A stretch of DNA of 63,149 nucleotides, counting the filler, from Chrysochromulina tobinii (lineage: Eukaryota): the NCBI GenBank assembly GCA_001275005.1. It is 8 parts of 8 records of this genome, joined end to end, with 100 filler letters (N's around TTAATTAATTAA, not from the genome) between each part and the next. Parts side by side here need not be neighbours in the genome. Positions count along the whole stretch, not along the records: positions 1 to 6,564 come from JWZX01000214.1; positions 6,665 to 9,800 come from JWZX01000215.1; positions 9,901 to 25,161 come from JWZX01000217.1; 5 more parts are not named here. One strand, 5' to 3'. Numbering within the stretch: the first letter of the stretch is position 1; the number at the start of each line of letters is the position of its first letter. The translations under genes were made by a program, and so were the position numbers. This document shows positions 1 to 10,843 of this stretch, piece by piece. The notes below the pieces were generated by a model. The model saw nothing but the letters and a program-made list of their open reading frames with translations, did no database searches and was not told where the DNA came from.

Positions 1-3000
1 GAGAGGGGATCGTCAGTGAGGGATTAGCTGGGGTCTTTCTTTGGGTCAAGCGCGGGGCTGCCTGGCAGCTTGCCACCTGCTGCTTGTTTAAGTCCTCGAG
101 CAGCGTGTCAAGGGATCTGGCATAAGCCTCGATCTTTGCCCGAGCGGATTCACGTAACTCCTCATGTTGTGCTTCCGTGGCGTCCTTCTTGTATGCAAGC
201 AGAGCGGAGGTGATGGCGGCGTTGCCCGCGACCTGCAGGTCGGGTAGTTGTGCACTCAAGATAGCCTCAGAGACATGTTTAGTCAGCCGAACCGCCTTCT
301 TGAGCGCCGCACAAGCCGAGCCGGTGCGATGCGCGAGCATCGTGAGCAGCTGCAGTGCCTCGTCCACTGCCGCCACTCCGCCTTCTTGCGGCGTGCGGGC
401 GGTCTGACCGGCGCCGCTCAGCACGGTCGACTCCATAGCCTCTCGCATAGCTTTCTCTAAAGCATCTCGCATAGCTTTCTCAATAGCCTCTCGCATAGCT
501 TTCATCGCGCCACCTATCGATTCAGGCCCAAGTATCTGTACGAGTTTCTCGACCTCTTTTTCGAGCATTTGAATGAGTTCGTTGGCCTCGGCTATGGACG
601 CCTCCGACTTGTCAACACCTTGGGTCATGAAATTGGCCACATTGTTGAGCAGCCGCATCGCGCCACCTACCGATTCAGGCCCAAGTATCTGTACGAGTTC
701 CTTGACCTCTTTATCGAGCATTTGAATGAGTTCGTTGGCCTCGGCTATGGACGACTTGTCAACACCTTGGGTAATGAAATTGGCCACATCGTTGAGCAGC
801 CGCACCGCGTCATTTACACTTGGCGGCTCAGCGCCCTCCGTTGAGTCGCCATCGAAGGACACGATCTTGAGTGCGTCATTTACACATGGTGGCTCAGCGC
901 CCTCCGTTGAGTCGCCATCTGCGCCGTCTTTGGAGGGCGTCGGCACGGCGGGCGTGGCCTCGAGGGCCTCGAGCAGGCGTTCTTGGAGCTCCTTCCTCTT
1001 TCCGTCGGTGCTCAGCCCACGCTGGGCGAGCGCCTCGCGCAGAGCACCCACCTTCATCTCCGCCACCTTGGAGCAATCCACCGGAACGACGAAGAACACG
1101 ATCTTGACGACGATCTGCTGCAGGGCGCCACGTAACTTCTCGCCCACGGCACGCAAAATCTTGCCCATCTCGCTCTGCAGTCCTGTGTCGCCTCCGGCCA
1201 TGCAGCCGAAGATGGCCATCTCGAAACCCTTGCGTAGCGCACCCAGTGAGCTCAGGGCCTTGGCGTAGTGCAGCAGCTTCTCCACCACCGTCTTGACGGT
1301 CGGCAGCGCCCCGATCTCGGCGATCTCGGCGATCTCGGCGCATTTGCGTTGCAGTCGCTCCTCAATCTCGGCGCATTTGCGTTGCAGTCGCTCGATGGCC
1401 CAGAGCAGCGCGCGCTCGGCAAGCTGCCCGACGAGCTGCTTGGGCGAGGCGAGGGCCTTGAGCATGTGATGGATCTGAGAGCGTGGGCGCACAGCAACAA
1501 CAAATCCGGTCAGAGGATCAGTGCCACAGAAACGGCAGTCGGGCATGGGAAAGGGAGCGTGGAGAGCACAGCCAAGCGAGTAGTCGCGCGTGCCACCCAA
1601 TTGATCAGCCATGGGGCGAGAAGTGAGGTGGCAGTGGCGCACCTTTTCAAGAAAGCGACCAAGCTTCTCGAGGCCTTCCTTCGCCGATGCCAGCGCCGGC
1701 GATGCCTCCTGCAGCAAGCCGAGCGCGGCACGACTGACCCCATCCACCTTGCTCAGAGCGGATGGATCGCTCTCTTCTGTCAGCAGCCTAGCGACCTTCT
1801 CAGCAACCTTCTCGCACGGACCTTGAAGGGTGCGCTCAAGCTGGTGCTCGATACCCGAGAGCACCTCGGTGCAGGCGTTGCTCGCGTACTTCGTGAGGCT
1901 CTCGATGTACTCGCTCATCGCGCACTCCTCCGTCAAGAGCGACACGGCCAGCTGCGTTACCGCCGTGCACGCAGCCGCAAAAGGCGAAACCACCGCCTTC
2001 ATGTCAGAGCCGTACGACATCCAGCCACGCAGCCCAAGAAAAGCCTGGGTTGGGCCAAAGAGTGATGCGCCATCCTGGCCTTCCCACAACCACCTGATCA
2101 TCTTCAGCCGAGCCTCGGCAGCCGATGGAGTTGTCTGCAAGTGTCGCGTCTGCAAGTGTCGCGTCTGCACGAGGGCCGCGGCGCCAACGGCATGTGCAAA
2201 GCCGGCCGCGCCATGCCACCGCCCGCTCTCGAAGACTACACGCTGCACCTGCAGCATCATCACGTGCAAGTCGTCTTGCGTCGCTTGAAGGCGCGCGGCA
2301 GTCAGGTAAACGTAATCGCACGCGCGGCCGAGTAAGGCGAGTTGTGTTGCGAGATGCCGCTGCAGCTCGTCGCCTGCAACACAAGGGTGCACGCGGGGGA
2401 GAGTGAGACTCAGAGCGAGAGTGCAGATTGGCGAGTGTGGGTGACGTCGCGTTACCTGCTAATTGCACGCAATCCTGGAGCGAGGTGAGCAGGTTGGGAT
2501 CGATGCTCATTGTCGCGGCCGACTTGGCGATGCTGACCGTGAGTCTCAGCACCGCTTTGGCCGCCTTGTATTGATCACCACTCGGGCGCGGCAGGGTTCG
2601 GACAGCCGCCTCAGCCATCGCGATGTGCATCCCCTGCTCTGCTGGCGAGCTGCCTCCACGCACCTGCACAAGAGCAGCGCGACCGGCTGGCTTCTTGAGC
2701 GCTGCAACGAGCGCGCCGCATTGTTTCCAGAGGTTCTCGCCCTTGGCGCGCGGGCCAGCACCGACACCGAGCACGAGGAAGCGAAGGATTTCCAGCAGAG
2801 TGTTGGTATCCCCCTCGAACTCAGGCTTGCCCACCAGAGGGCCAAGCGCCTTGACGACCGATACGATCGGAGTCTCAAAGGTCGACTGGCTGCACCATAC
2901 GGCGCTGTGCGCTGTGAGCCGCACAGCGTCGCAATGGTTGATGTTGATGTTGCTCGCCATTTCATGCGATGGCAAATGGAGGAGCGTTTGCATAGCTTTC

Positions 3001-3344
3001 TTCGACGAGCCGTCCAACTTGTCGGCAGCTCCGCTCAGCTTGATGTTTGTGGACTCCTGCACCGGCTGAGATGCCTTCGTCGTGAGTGCCGAGACGTCCG
3101 CCGTCGCTGGCGCAGCCAGTCCCGTCGCTCGTTTGGCCACCGGCGCTCCGGCCATCTCTTGCGCGGCTACTGTGTCCCCCACGCGTGCCCTTTTGGCGAG
3201 AAAGACCTCCTGACGCTCGTGCTGCTGCTGCGCGGCCGAAGGCAAGCCTGCACTTATGGCGGCGTTCTTGTCATAGGAATGCACTTCGCTGTCTTTGCTG
3301 GCACCGCAGCCACCGCCGCGCAGGTTCAAGCATTTACTTTCCAT
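1..3344 (-). CDS. Large multi-exon helical protein with a SAP domain; 3' end runs off the window
   Basis: GT-AG introns at 2455-2374 and 1642-1475 join the frames into one ORF that stays open to position 1. SAP-like segment KVAEMKVGALREALAQRGLSTDGKRKELQERLLEAL at about 1070-965; internal ~50-aa duplication at about 500-820. Start is uncertain (ATG 3344 or further upstream in ORF 2004..4121). Confidence 0.65.
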
Positions 3345-4586
3345 TCCCGAGCCCAAGACGGCGGAACTCGAGACGTTGGAACCAGAGACGGTGGAACGTG
3401 AGACGGTAACGGTAACCGAGCCCGTAACGGTAACGGTAACGGAGCCCGAGGCACGCGCGCCGTGTGCGCGGAGCTCTGCGACTGCGGCGGGGCCCTCGAT
3501 GCTCGTGGAGGTGGAGACGGAGTTGGCGGCGATGACGGCGGCGGAGGTAGCGCTGCAGGTGGTGACGGAGAAAGGTGTGATGGCGGTGGAGGCCGCATTT
3601 GTGGCGACGGAGGTGGCGATGAGGGTGGCGGCGCCGCTCGTGGAGGGTGTAACGAAGGTGGGAGAGATGACGGCCTCACTTTTGAGGACGGCCCCCGAAA
3701 CACTGCCAAAGTCGGTGCCACCGGCTCGATCCACGGCCAGGGCGACACGATCACATGAATCGTGTCCGCCAGGATCGTAGTCTTGTGCGCGACCTCCAAA
3801 GAGAACTCGCGGCTCGTGGCTCGGCTGCAGTGGTGCCGTCGGCAGTACGAGATTGTGGTGGTTCGCACCGGCGTGGTCCGAGGCCTCTGTGGCCCGCACC
3901 TCCGTGCCACCGCCCTCGCCGCCGCCGCCCTGGCCACCGCCGCCCTCGCCCTCGGCTCCTCCGCCCTTGCTCCCGCTCTCGCCGCCCGCACGAAGGAGCC
4001 CAACAACGTAGCCACTCATGTCACCGTTGCGCACGCCCCTGCCGCTTGTTGTCATTGCACCTTTCGTCATCGTGAGGTCTCCACACTCTGACCACATTTG
4101 GGCCCAACAAGTACTGTACATATGCCCGTGTGTCGCGGGTCATCTGGGCACAGAGCAGACCTTTTTATCTGTGAATCGAGAAATTCCGGGCATCGGGGCC
4201 CTCTCAGGGTCGAGGGCTGGGCCAGAGGTCGTATGAATTCATACCTCAAACATCACCTTTAAACGCATCCCACTGTGATCCTGCGTGCCGATCTGCTTAT
4301 CTCGTCTGCCACAAAGCGGGTTGCGGGTTGGATGCGCGGTGCTTGGGAGATGGTTTCGGGTACATAGATGTAGGAAAGTTTGCTTTTGGTGACCGGACCA
4401 TACCTTTACACGCACGCACCCTAGGGCCTGACGAACATAACCCGAACGAGATGTGGGGCAACGAGCACGGCACGACGGCCACGTCGCGCGGCATGAACGC
4501 GTCAGGATGCCCCTTCAGGATGCCCTTCAGAGGTCTCTCAACATCAGAGGTCCTCAGAGGTCCTCTGCGGTCATCATCATGATCCC

Positions 4587-6564
4587 TCAGCAGCCCTTTT
4601 TCATCAGGCGCTTGCGAGCCACCGTTGGCGCGGCGAAGGCCTCCTCCGTGAAGATGTCATCCACGTCATCGCCCGACGCCATCGCCGCCTTTGGTGCCAG
4701 TGCTGTGGCACCGGGCGCCGTGACGGGCGCCTCGGCCGCCCGCTGTGCCGCATCGCCATCGCCGTCCTTCCCAGCACCTCTGTCCGTTCCCACTGCCTCC
4801 TCCTCTTCAGACATCCCGTCGTCGTCGTCGTCGTCGTCGTCGTCGCTGCCGTCGTCGCTGCCGTCGTCGACATACTCGCTGCCGTCGCTCACCTCGTCAC
4901 TCGAGCTCGTAACCTCGCTCGAGCTCGCTTCGTCACTCGAAGATTCGTCACTCCCCTTGATCCACCCGTCCGTGTTGTCCGAACTTGCCTCGTCCTCACT
5001 CGCCTTCTCACCCTTGACGAGCCGCCGCGCCGCCGCGCTCACGCCCCGCCCACTACCGCGCCCACTGCCCCGGCCGCTGCCGCGCCCACCACGGCGCCCA
5101 TGCCCACCGCGTCCACCGAACGCGCTCCTGACACCAGCGCCGTCACGGGCGCCTCCAACGCCAGCGCCGTCGCGGGCACCGCCAACGCCAGCGCCGTCGC
5201 GGGCACCGCCATCACCAGCGCCGCCAGCACGATGAACGCCGCCCCGAGCATCGCGCGCGCCGTCCCGAGCACCCACATTGGGCGAGTTCTCCTTGTCATC
5301 ACGCGCGCCGTCCCGAGCACCCACATTGGGCGAGTTCTCCTTGCCATCGATATCGTCGACGCCGCCACCCTTACGCGACAGTACGTCATCGACACCACGA
5401 CGGCGCGCGAGAGACGGAGGGCAAGGCGAAGATGAAGGGACCTTAAGCCCGTCCTCAATCCCGTCCTCCTGCCCTTCCTCAATCCCGTCCTCCTGCACGT
5501 CCTCGTGCCCGTCCTCATATCCCGCTGCGCGGATAGGCGGCGCGAGCAGCACATCAACCACGTCGCCTTCGGTCATACCCGCCTGTGAACGCGCCGTATA
5601 CGAGCGTCAGTCAATCAGCATGCAATCAGCACGTACTCAGGATCATTCTCGCACGTAATCAGCATGCACTCCGCATGCACTCAGCGTGTAATCAGCATGC
5701 ACTCACCTCGACAGGCGTCGTATTGAGCGCGAGCGGCGCGCCTCGGAAGCGCAGCGCCGTCGCGGGCGCCGCGAGTCCGAATTGCTTGCAGAAGGCCGCC
5801 TGCAGCTTGTGAAGTCTCGTCGTGGTGCGGCATTTGACCTGCAGCTCGCGTCCATCGGATGCGGGAGGCAATAAGGGCATGCAATGAGGGAGGCAATCAG
5901 CATGCAAGCATTTGACCTGCAGCTCGCGTCCATCGGATGCGGGAGGCAATAAGGGCATGCAATGAGGGAGGCAATCAGCATGCAAGCATTTGACCTGCAG
6001 CTCGCGTCCATCGGATGCTAGCAGATGAACGTTGATGACGCCGTTGATGACGCCCCTAGGCACACTGTGCGTTGGGACGGGTAAGGCTGACGGCACTGCA
6101 CGCTCCGCCTCCGCCCAACACAGCGCCTCCGCCTCCTCTGCCCGTGCATTCGTCCTGCTCGCCGTGGCCCAAGACGACGCGTCGCTCGCCGCTGCCGTCT
6201 TCCTCCCCTTGGGCCTCGGCGCCGTGGCGGGCGCTTCCGCCGAGGCCAGCGCCATCGCACCCAACGCGTCGGCGAGCGACGCGTCGTCTTGGGCGTCATC
6301 GGTCGGCGCTCGGGACGGCGCTGCCCCCTTTTTGGGCGCCGGCTTGCGCTTGCGCGGCGCACGCGTGGATCCCGGAGGCGCTGCATCGGGCGCTGCCTCG
6401 TCCTCGCCGCCACCATTGGCGTCGTGTTGGGCAGCGGCGATGGCGGCCTCGTCCTCGCTCTCGGAGAGGACGGCCTCGGCAGCGAGCGCCGCCTCCGCCG
6501 CCTCCTCCGCCGCGAGCGCCGTCTTGAGCGCCGCTTCGTCCTTTGGAGTCCCCCCCGCCCCCCC
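4587..6564 (-). CDS. SUMO-like (Rad60-SLD type) domain protein with acidic/RGG tail; 5' partial
   Basis: Removing introns 5994-5839 and 5706-5583 gives INVHLLASDGRELQVKCRTTTRLHKLQAAFCKQFGLAAPATALRFRGAPLALNTTPVEAGMTEGDVVDVLL, a typical SUMO/ubiquitin-like fold pattern. Confidence 0.7.
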
Positions 6565-6664
6565 NNNNNNNNNNNNNNNNNNNNNNNNNNNNNNNNNNNN
6601 NNNNNNNNTTAATTAATTAANNNNNNNNNNNNNNNNNNNNNNNNNNNNNNNNNNNNNNNNNNNN
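6565..6664. other. Artificial contig linker
   Basis: 44 N + TTAATTAATTAA (stops in all six frames) + 44 N. Confidence 0.99.
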
Positions 6665-6771
6665 GGCAATCAGAGGTGAATATCCAACGGTGCCAAAAGA
6701 GGTCATCAGAGGCAATCAGAGGCAATCAGAGGTGAATATCCAACGGTGCCATTAGAGGTCATCAGAGGTCA

Positions 6772-7665
6772 TCAGGGGCAATCAGTGGTGAATATCCAAC
6801 GGTGCACACCCGCGAACGCGGCCGCCTGCCCCGAGCCGTGTAAGCCAAGCGATGCCGCGACCTTTGCTGCCCGGCGTGGCGAGAGCTCATCCGCGAGGGA
6901 CGTGCTGGCCTCGCTGGCCTCGCGCATCGAAACGCCGGCGCTGCGCGTGCGCCGATGGCCACGCACGCGTGGTGCTGGCTCCTTATTAGGCAACAAAGGC
7001 TCCTTGAGCAGCACAGCCGCTGCCGCCGACAAGGGAGAAGGGGGCTCGATGGTCGCGCTGTGCCCTGGGGCGGGGTGAAGCGGAGGGGAAGCAAGACGCT
7101 CCTCGCGCCCGGCACGACGCTCCACGCGCCCGCACCGTCCTTTCTCGGCGCTGCCCGCCGCGCCCGCAGCTGCTCCGCCCGAGACCCTAATTAGGAAGCC
7201 AACCTCACCTTCCTCATAAGGAAGGTCTGGGTCCATTCGAATGCGCCGTGGAGAGAGCTCGTCGTCGTCGGCGGTGGCGGGTAGGACGACGAGACCGTCC
7301 ACCAGCTGGCTCGCGTGTGTGAGTCTCGTGAGGTGTTGGGGCGGTACGGTGAGGTACACGACGCCCCGCAGCCACGTGTTGCGAGCGCACTTCTCCGCAT
7401 GGTCCGGATGGATCTTGAGCTCGCTCCCGAGCAGCGTCTCTTGGAAGAGAGCCACAGCCGAGAGGCAGGCGATCGGTGCGTGGAAGAGCGCAGCGAGTGG
7501 CAGCGCGCAGCCCGCATCGCGTGCCGCCGGCAGCCACAGCCCAAGCCACGCGCGAGGGAGCAGCCAGAGGCGGCGAGAAAGGCCAGCAGCGTGCAGCCAG
7601 ACGCAAGCGGCCACGCCCGCCGCATGAAGCCACTGCAGATGGCGGAGGAGCTCGAGGAGGCGGAC
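6772..7665 (-). CDS. Internal exon of an uncharacterised protein
   Basis: Open frame begins right after an acceptor-like GAGTGCCTCCCTCATCAG (7683-7666) and ends in a decamer-repeat tract at about 6800. No recognised domain. Confidence 0.35.
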   Translation of the reverse strand, partial: VRLLELLRHLQWLHAAGVAACVWLHAAGLSRRLWLLPRAWLGLWLPAARDAGCALPLAALFHAPIACLSAVALFQETLLGSELKIHPDHAEKCARNTWLRGVVYLTVPPQHLTRLTHASQLVDGLVVLPATADDDELSPRRIRMDPDLPYEEGEVGFLIRVSGGAAAGAAGSAEKGRCGRVERRAGREERLASPPLHPAPGHSATIEPPSPLSAAAAVLLKEPLLPNKEPAPRVRGHRRTRSAGVSMREASEASTSLADELSPRRAAKVAASLGLHGSGQAAAFAGVHRWIFTTDCP

Positions 7666-7836
7666 CTGATGAGGGAGGCACTCGATATATGATCAAGATC
7701 CCATCACTATGCAGTCAATATGCAGTCAATATGCAGGTTCAGAATGGATCATCTACCACCGCGGGCATGGGCGTGCGCGCGCGCTTACACACACCGGGAG
7801 ACCGCCGCGCTGGCTCGCATCCGGCCTCCTCACGAG

Positions 7837-7936
7837 ACACTCTCCTCACAAGTGAACCTGGTCTCGGACTCGCCATCTTGCGCTTGGGAGCGCGATTGGA
7901 CCGGCTGTCGTCATCTGGCACATGCGAAGAGAGCAC
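7837..7936 (-). promoter_or_regulatory. SECIS element (type II) in the 3' UTR of the selenoprotein gene
   Basis: Helix I CTCTCTTCGCATGTG/CACTTGTGAGGAGAG; core ATGAC (7914-7910) opposite CGAG (7866-7863); imperfect helix II GACAGCCGGTC/GATGGCGAGTC; unpaired AA; apical mini-stem GCGCT-CCCA-AGCGC. Confidence 0.8.
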
Positions 7937-7968
7937 ACGAGGTGATCCCTGTTGCGGGCCACTCGCTT

Positions 7969-8481
7969 TTACTTGCTCTCCTCGGCGAGTTTTTGGAGCA
8001 AGCCGGACCCCTTCGACTCAACTTTCTTGGGGGCACGGCGCTGCTCACAAGCCGCCTTCACAGCCGCGCTGAAATCCCCTGACTCCGTCGAAGTCAGCAT
8101 GTCGATCAGATCGCAAATGCCGCGCATATCCTCTTCGGCGGTCGGTCCGGCAAGCCGAAGATCGCCGTTGAATTTGGACCACAGCAGCGTGCCCACTTTC
8201 GGCGAATAATTCTTCTCCGCCACTGGCGGGGGCGGCCACGACGAAACTCCGGGAAGGGCGACCGACACCTCAAAGCAGCCATTCGTCGTGGGCGCTTTGA
8301 GGCATGAGAATGCCACGCTGTCACCAAATCGCCCGGCCACGTATTCCTCGAGAGCTGTCGCCTGCTTCTTGTACCCTCACCCGCCTCAGAACTCGACGTG
8401 CAGAAGGGCTTTGGGCGAGGATAGCTGCAGCGCACTCGCCGAGCTCGCGAGGAGGAACGCAAGAACGCTGCGCTTCACCAT
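7969..8481 (-). CDS. SelW/Rdx-family selenoprotein with UxxU motif and signal peptide (about 170 aa)
   Basis: One frame reads MVKRSVLAFLLASSASALQLSSPKALLHVEF-TGA-GG-TGA-GYKKQATALEEYVAGRF...GCFEVSV...LLWSKFNGD. This matches SelW hallmarks (CxxUGY, GxFEV, LxHSKxxGD). UGA codons at 8388-8386 and 8379-8377; SECIS downstream. Confidence 0.85.
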
Positions 8482-8659
8482 CGCGATGCTCATGAAGGGT
8501 CCAGATTTGCCTGACGAATCTTGAGTTAGGGTCAGTTGAATCGAAGTGTGAAGAGAGAGAGTGTGTGAACTTACTAAGCTACCTACACATTGGCAGGACC
8601 CCCTGAAGTGTGAAGAGGGTTGCGTCCGCAAAACCCACCCTCTCTCTCTCAACCACTAG

Positions 8660-9172
8660 AAGCCACAGCGGCCCATACTCATTGCACCACAGGACTCTCT
8701 CCAGGACCGCCTAGCCACAGCGGTCCGCGCTCACTCCACCGATACCGTACTCTCTCTCAACGGACCACCACTAGCCACAGCGGCCCATACTCATTGCACC
8801 AGTACTCTCTCCAGACCGCCTAGCCACAGCGGTCTGCGCTCACTCCACCGATACTCTCTCACCCTCAACGGACCACCAAGGCCACAGCGGCCCATACTCA
8901 ATGCACCAGTACTCTCTCCAGACCGCCTAGCCACAGCGGTCTGCGCTCACTCCACCGATACTCTCTCACCCTCAACGGACCACCAAGGCCACAGCGGCCC
9001 ATACTCATTGCACCAGTACTCTCTCCAGACCGCCTAGCCACAGCGGTCCGCGCTCACTCCACCAAGACTCTCTCTCCCTCAACGTAGAACGTACCACCAC
9101 TAGCCACAGCGGCCCATAACTCACTGCACAAGTATTCTCTCTCCAGACCGCCTAGCCACAGCGGTCCGCGCT
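8660..9172. repeat. Minisatellite, about 4.5 copies of a ~107-115 bp unit made of two related halves
   Basis: GCCACAGCGGCCC recurs at about 8662, 8774, 8881, 8988 and 9103, alternating with CTAGCCACAGCGGTC. Confidence 0.9.
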
Positions 9173-9220
9173 CAGGTCTCGGCGCCCGCTTGTTTGTCTG
9201 CTTGTCCTGTCGGCGGCAGC

Positions 9221-9800
9221 CTATATGTGCTCGGTCTCGAGGCGGGGAACGTGGCCATCCGTGCTGGGCGTGCTCGTGCTGGCGTCTCCACCTGAGGACT
9301 CCACCTGCGGTGCCTCTGCGGTGACGGAGACGACGTGGAGCTCGCGGGTGAGGAAGGCGTGCCGCGAGGTGGAGTCGTGCTTCTCGCTGTGCTGCTTCCA
9401 CTTGGCACGTATCTTCGACTTCGCCTCAACTTGTCCACTTGCGCCGACGAGCTTAACGTGGCGCCGGAAGGCCAGGATCCACTGGCCAGCTGGGCCGACC
9501 TTGCCCTCACCATCGGGCTCGGTGAAGCGACGCAGGTACTTAAGCAGCGACATTTCGAAGAGGACGGTGAGGATCACGGGTACGGCGAGGAGCGCTGGGA
9601 GCAAGGCCGACATTATCGGATCGTTGGGGTAGGCGTTGGTCACCAAGGAGCTGACCAACGAGAAGAAGATGACGACCTGCGCCACCTGTGCAAGGATGTC
9701 GTCCTCATTTTTTACGTAGGGAGCGCAGACGCAGTAGGCGCCATACGACAGGAAGCAGATGATGAGCCCAAATATGAGCTGGGCCGGCGACCCCGCCGGG
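9221..9800 (-). CDS. C-terminal part of a multi-pass membrane protein; 5' partial
   Basis: Hydrophobic helices QLIFGLIICFLSYGAYCVCAPY, LAQVAQVVIFFSLVSSLV and LLPALLAVPVILTVLF; frame open from the contig edge. Confidence 0.65.
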
Positions 9801-9900
9801 NNNNNNNNNNNNNNNNNNNNNNNNNNNNNNNNNNNNNNNNNNNNTTAATTAATTAANNNNNNNNNNNNNNNNNNNNNNNNNNNNNNNNNNNNNNNNNNNN
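9801..9900. other. Artificial contig linker
   Basis: N44-TTAATTAATTAA-N44. Confidence 0.99.
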
Positions 9901-10810
9901 CCTTGTTGCTTTGGATGGCCTCGCAGACTGCGTTTACGCCCTCATCCTTGAGGCTGTTGGACGACAAATTCAGGGCCGTCAGCCCGCCTGTGACAACGGC
10001 CTGTGACAGGTCCGAAGCCAGCAGGATCACATCGGGCAGATTGAGGCTCTGCTTGGAGAAGTCAGCGGTGGTCTGATCGCGCCGGATGCCGCAAAGCGAG
10101 ACGCCCTTCTGCTTGGCGACTTCAGCAAGCATCTTGGCGGCCTCTGCATCAAGCTTATTGTACAGGAGGTCAATCACCGTCAGCCCGCCTGTGACGGCCG
10201 CCATGGCGGCCACAGACTTTGCTCCCACAGGACCGATGCTGTTGGCGCCCATGTTGAGCGACTCGAGCTTGGTCTCCTTGTTGCTCAGGATGGCCTCGCA
10301 GACTGCGCTTACGCCCTCATCCTTGAGGTCGTTGGACGACAAATCCAGGGCCATCAGCCCGCCCATGACGGGTATCAGACCCGCAACGACCATGCCTCCC
10401 TCGACTCCGACGTCCTTCCCCTTCAGGTCCAGCTCCGTGAGCGAGTTGGCGCGCATCTCTTTGATTGGGATTTCGTTGAAAAAATTGATGTTGAGGTTGC
10501 CAAGGACAGCAACTGCAAGCTGCACAGCGCCGTCGCCCGCAATGCTGTTTTGGCGGACGTCGATGCTTGTCAGCCCGCCCATGACAGGCACGAGGTATGC
10601 AAGAAGCATGCCACCCTGAACGCCGATATTTTGCTCACACAGGTTGAGCTCAGAGACGGAGTCGTCGCGCATCATCTGCACTGGAATGCCGCGCACCTCG
10701 CCAGAGCCGGCACAGGCAACAGCTGCAAGCAGGAGCTCGAGCGGCGGCTCGCCCTCTCCCTCGATGCAGCTGATGAGAGCAGTTTTGGCAGGGCCTCCAA
10801 GGAATGGCCT

Positions 10811-10843
<33 letters not shown>

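Noticed and set aside
4554..4600. C-terminal G-C-TGA-G resembling the thioredoxin reductase GCUG motif
   Set aside because: The protein is not a redox fold, read-through gives IMMMTAEDL within decamer-like repeats, and I found no SECIS downstream; probably a real stop or an intron edge
8660..9172. CRISPR-like periodic repeats
   Set aside because: The intervening sequences are themselves repeated rather than unique spacers; eukaryotic context with no cas genes
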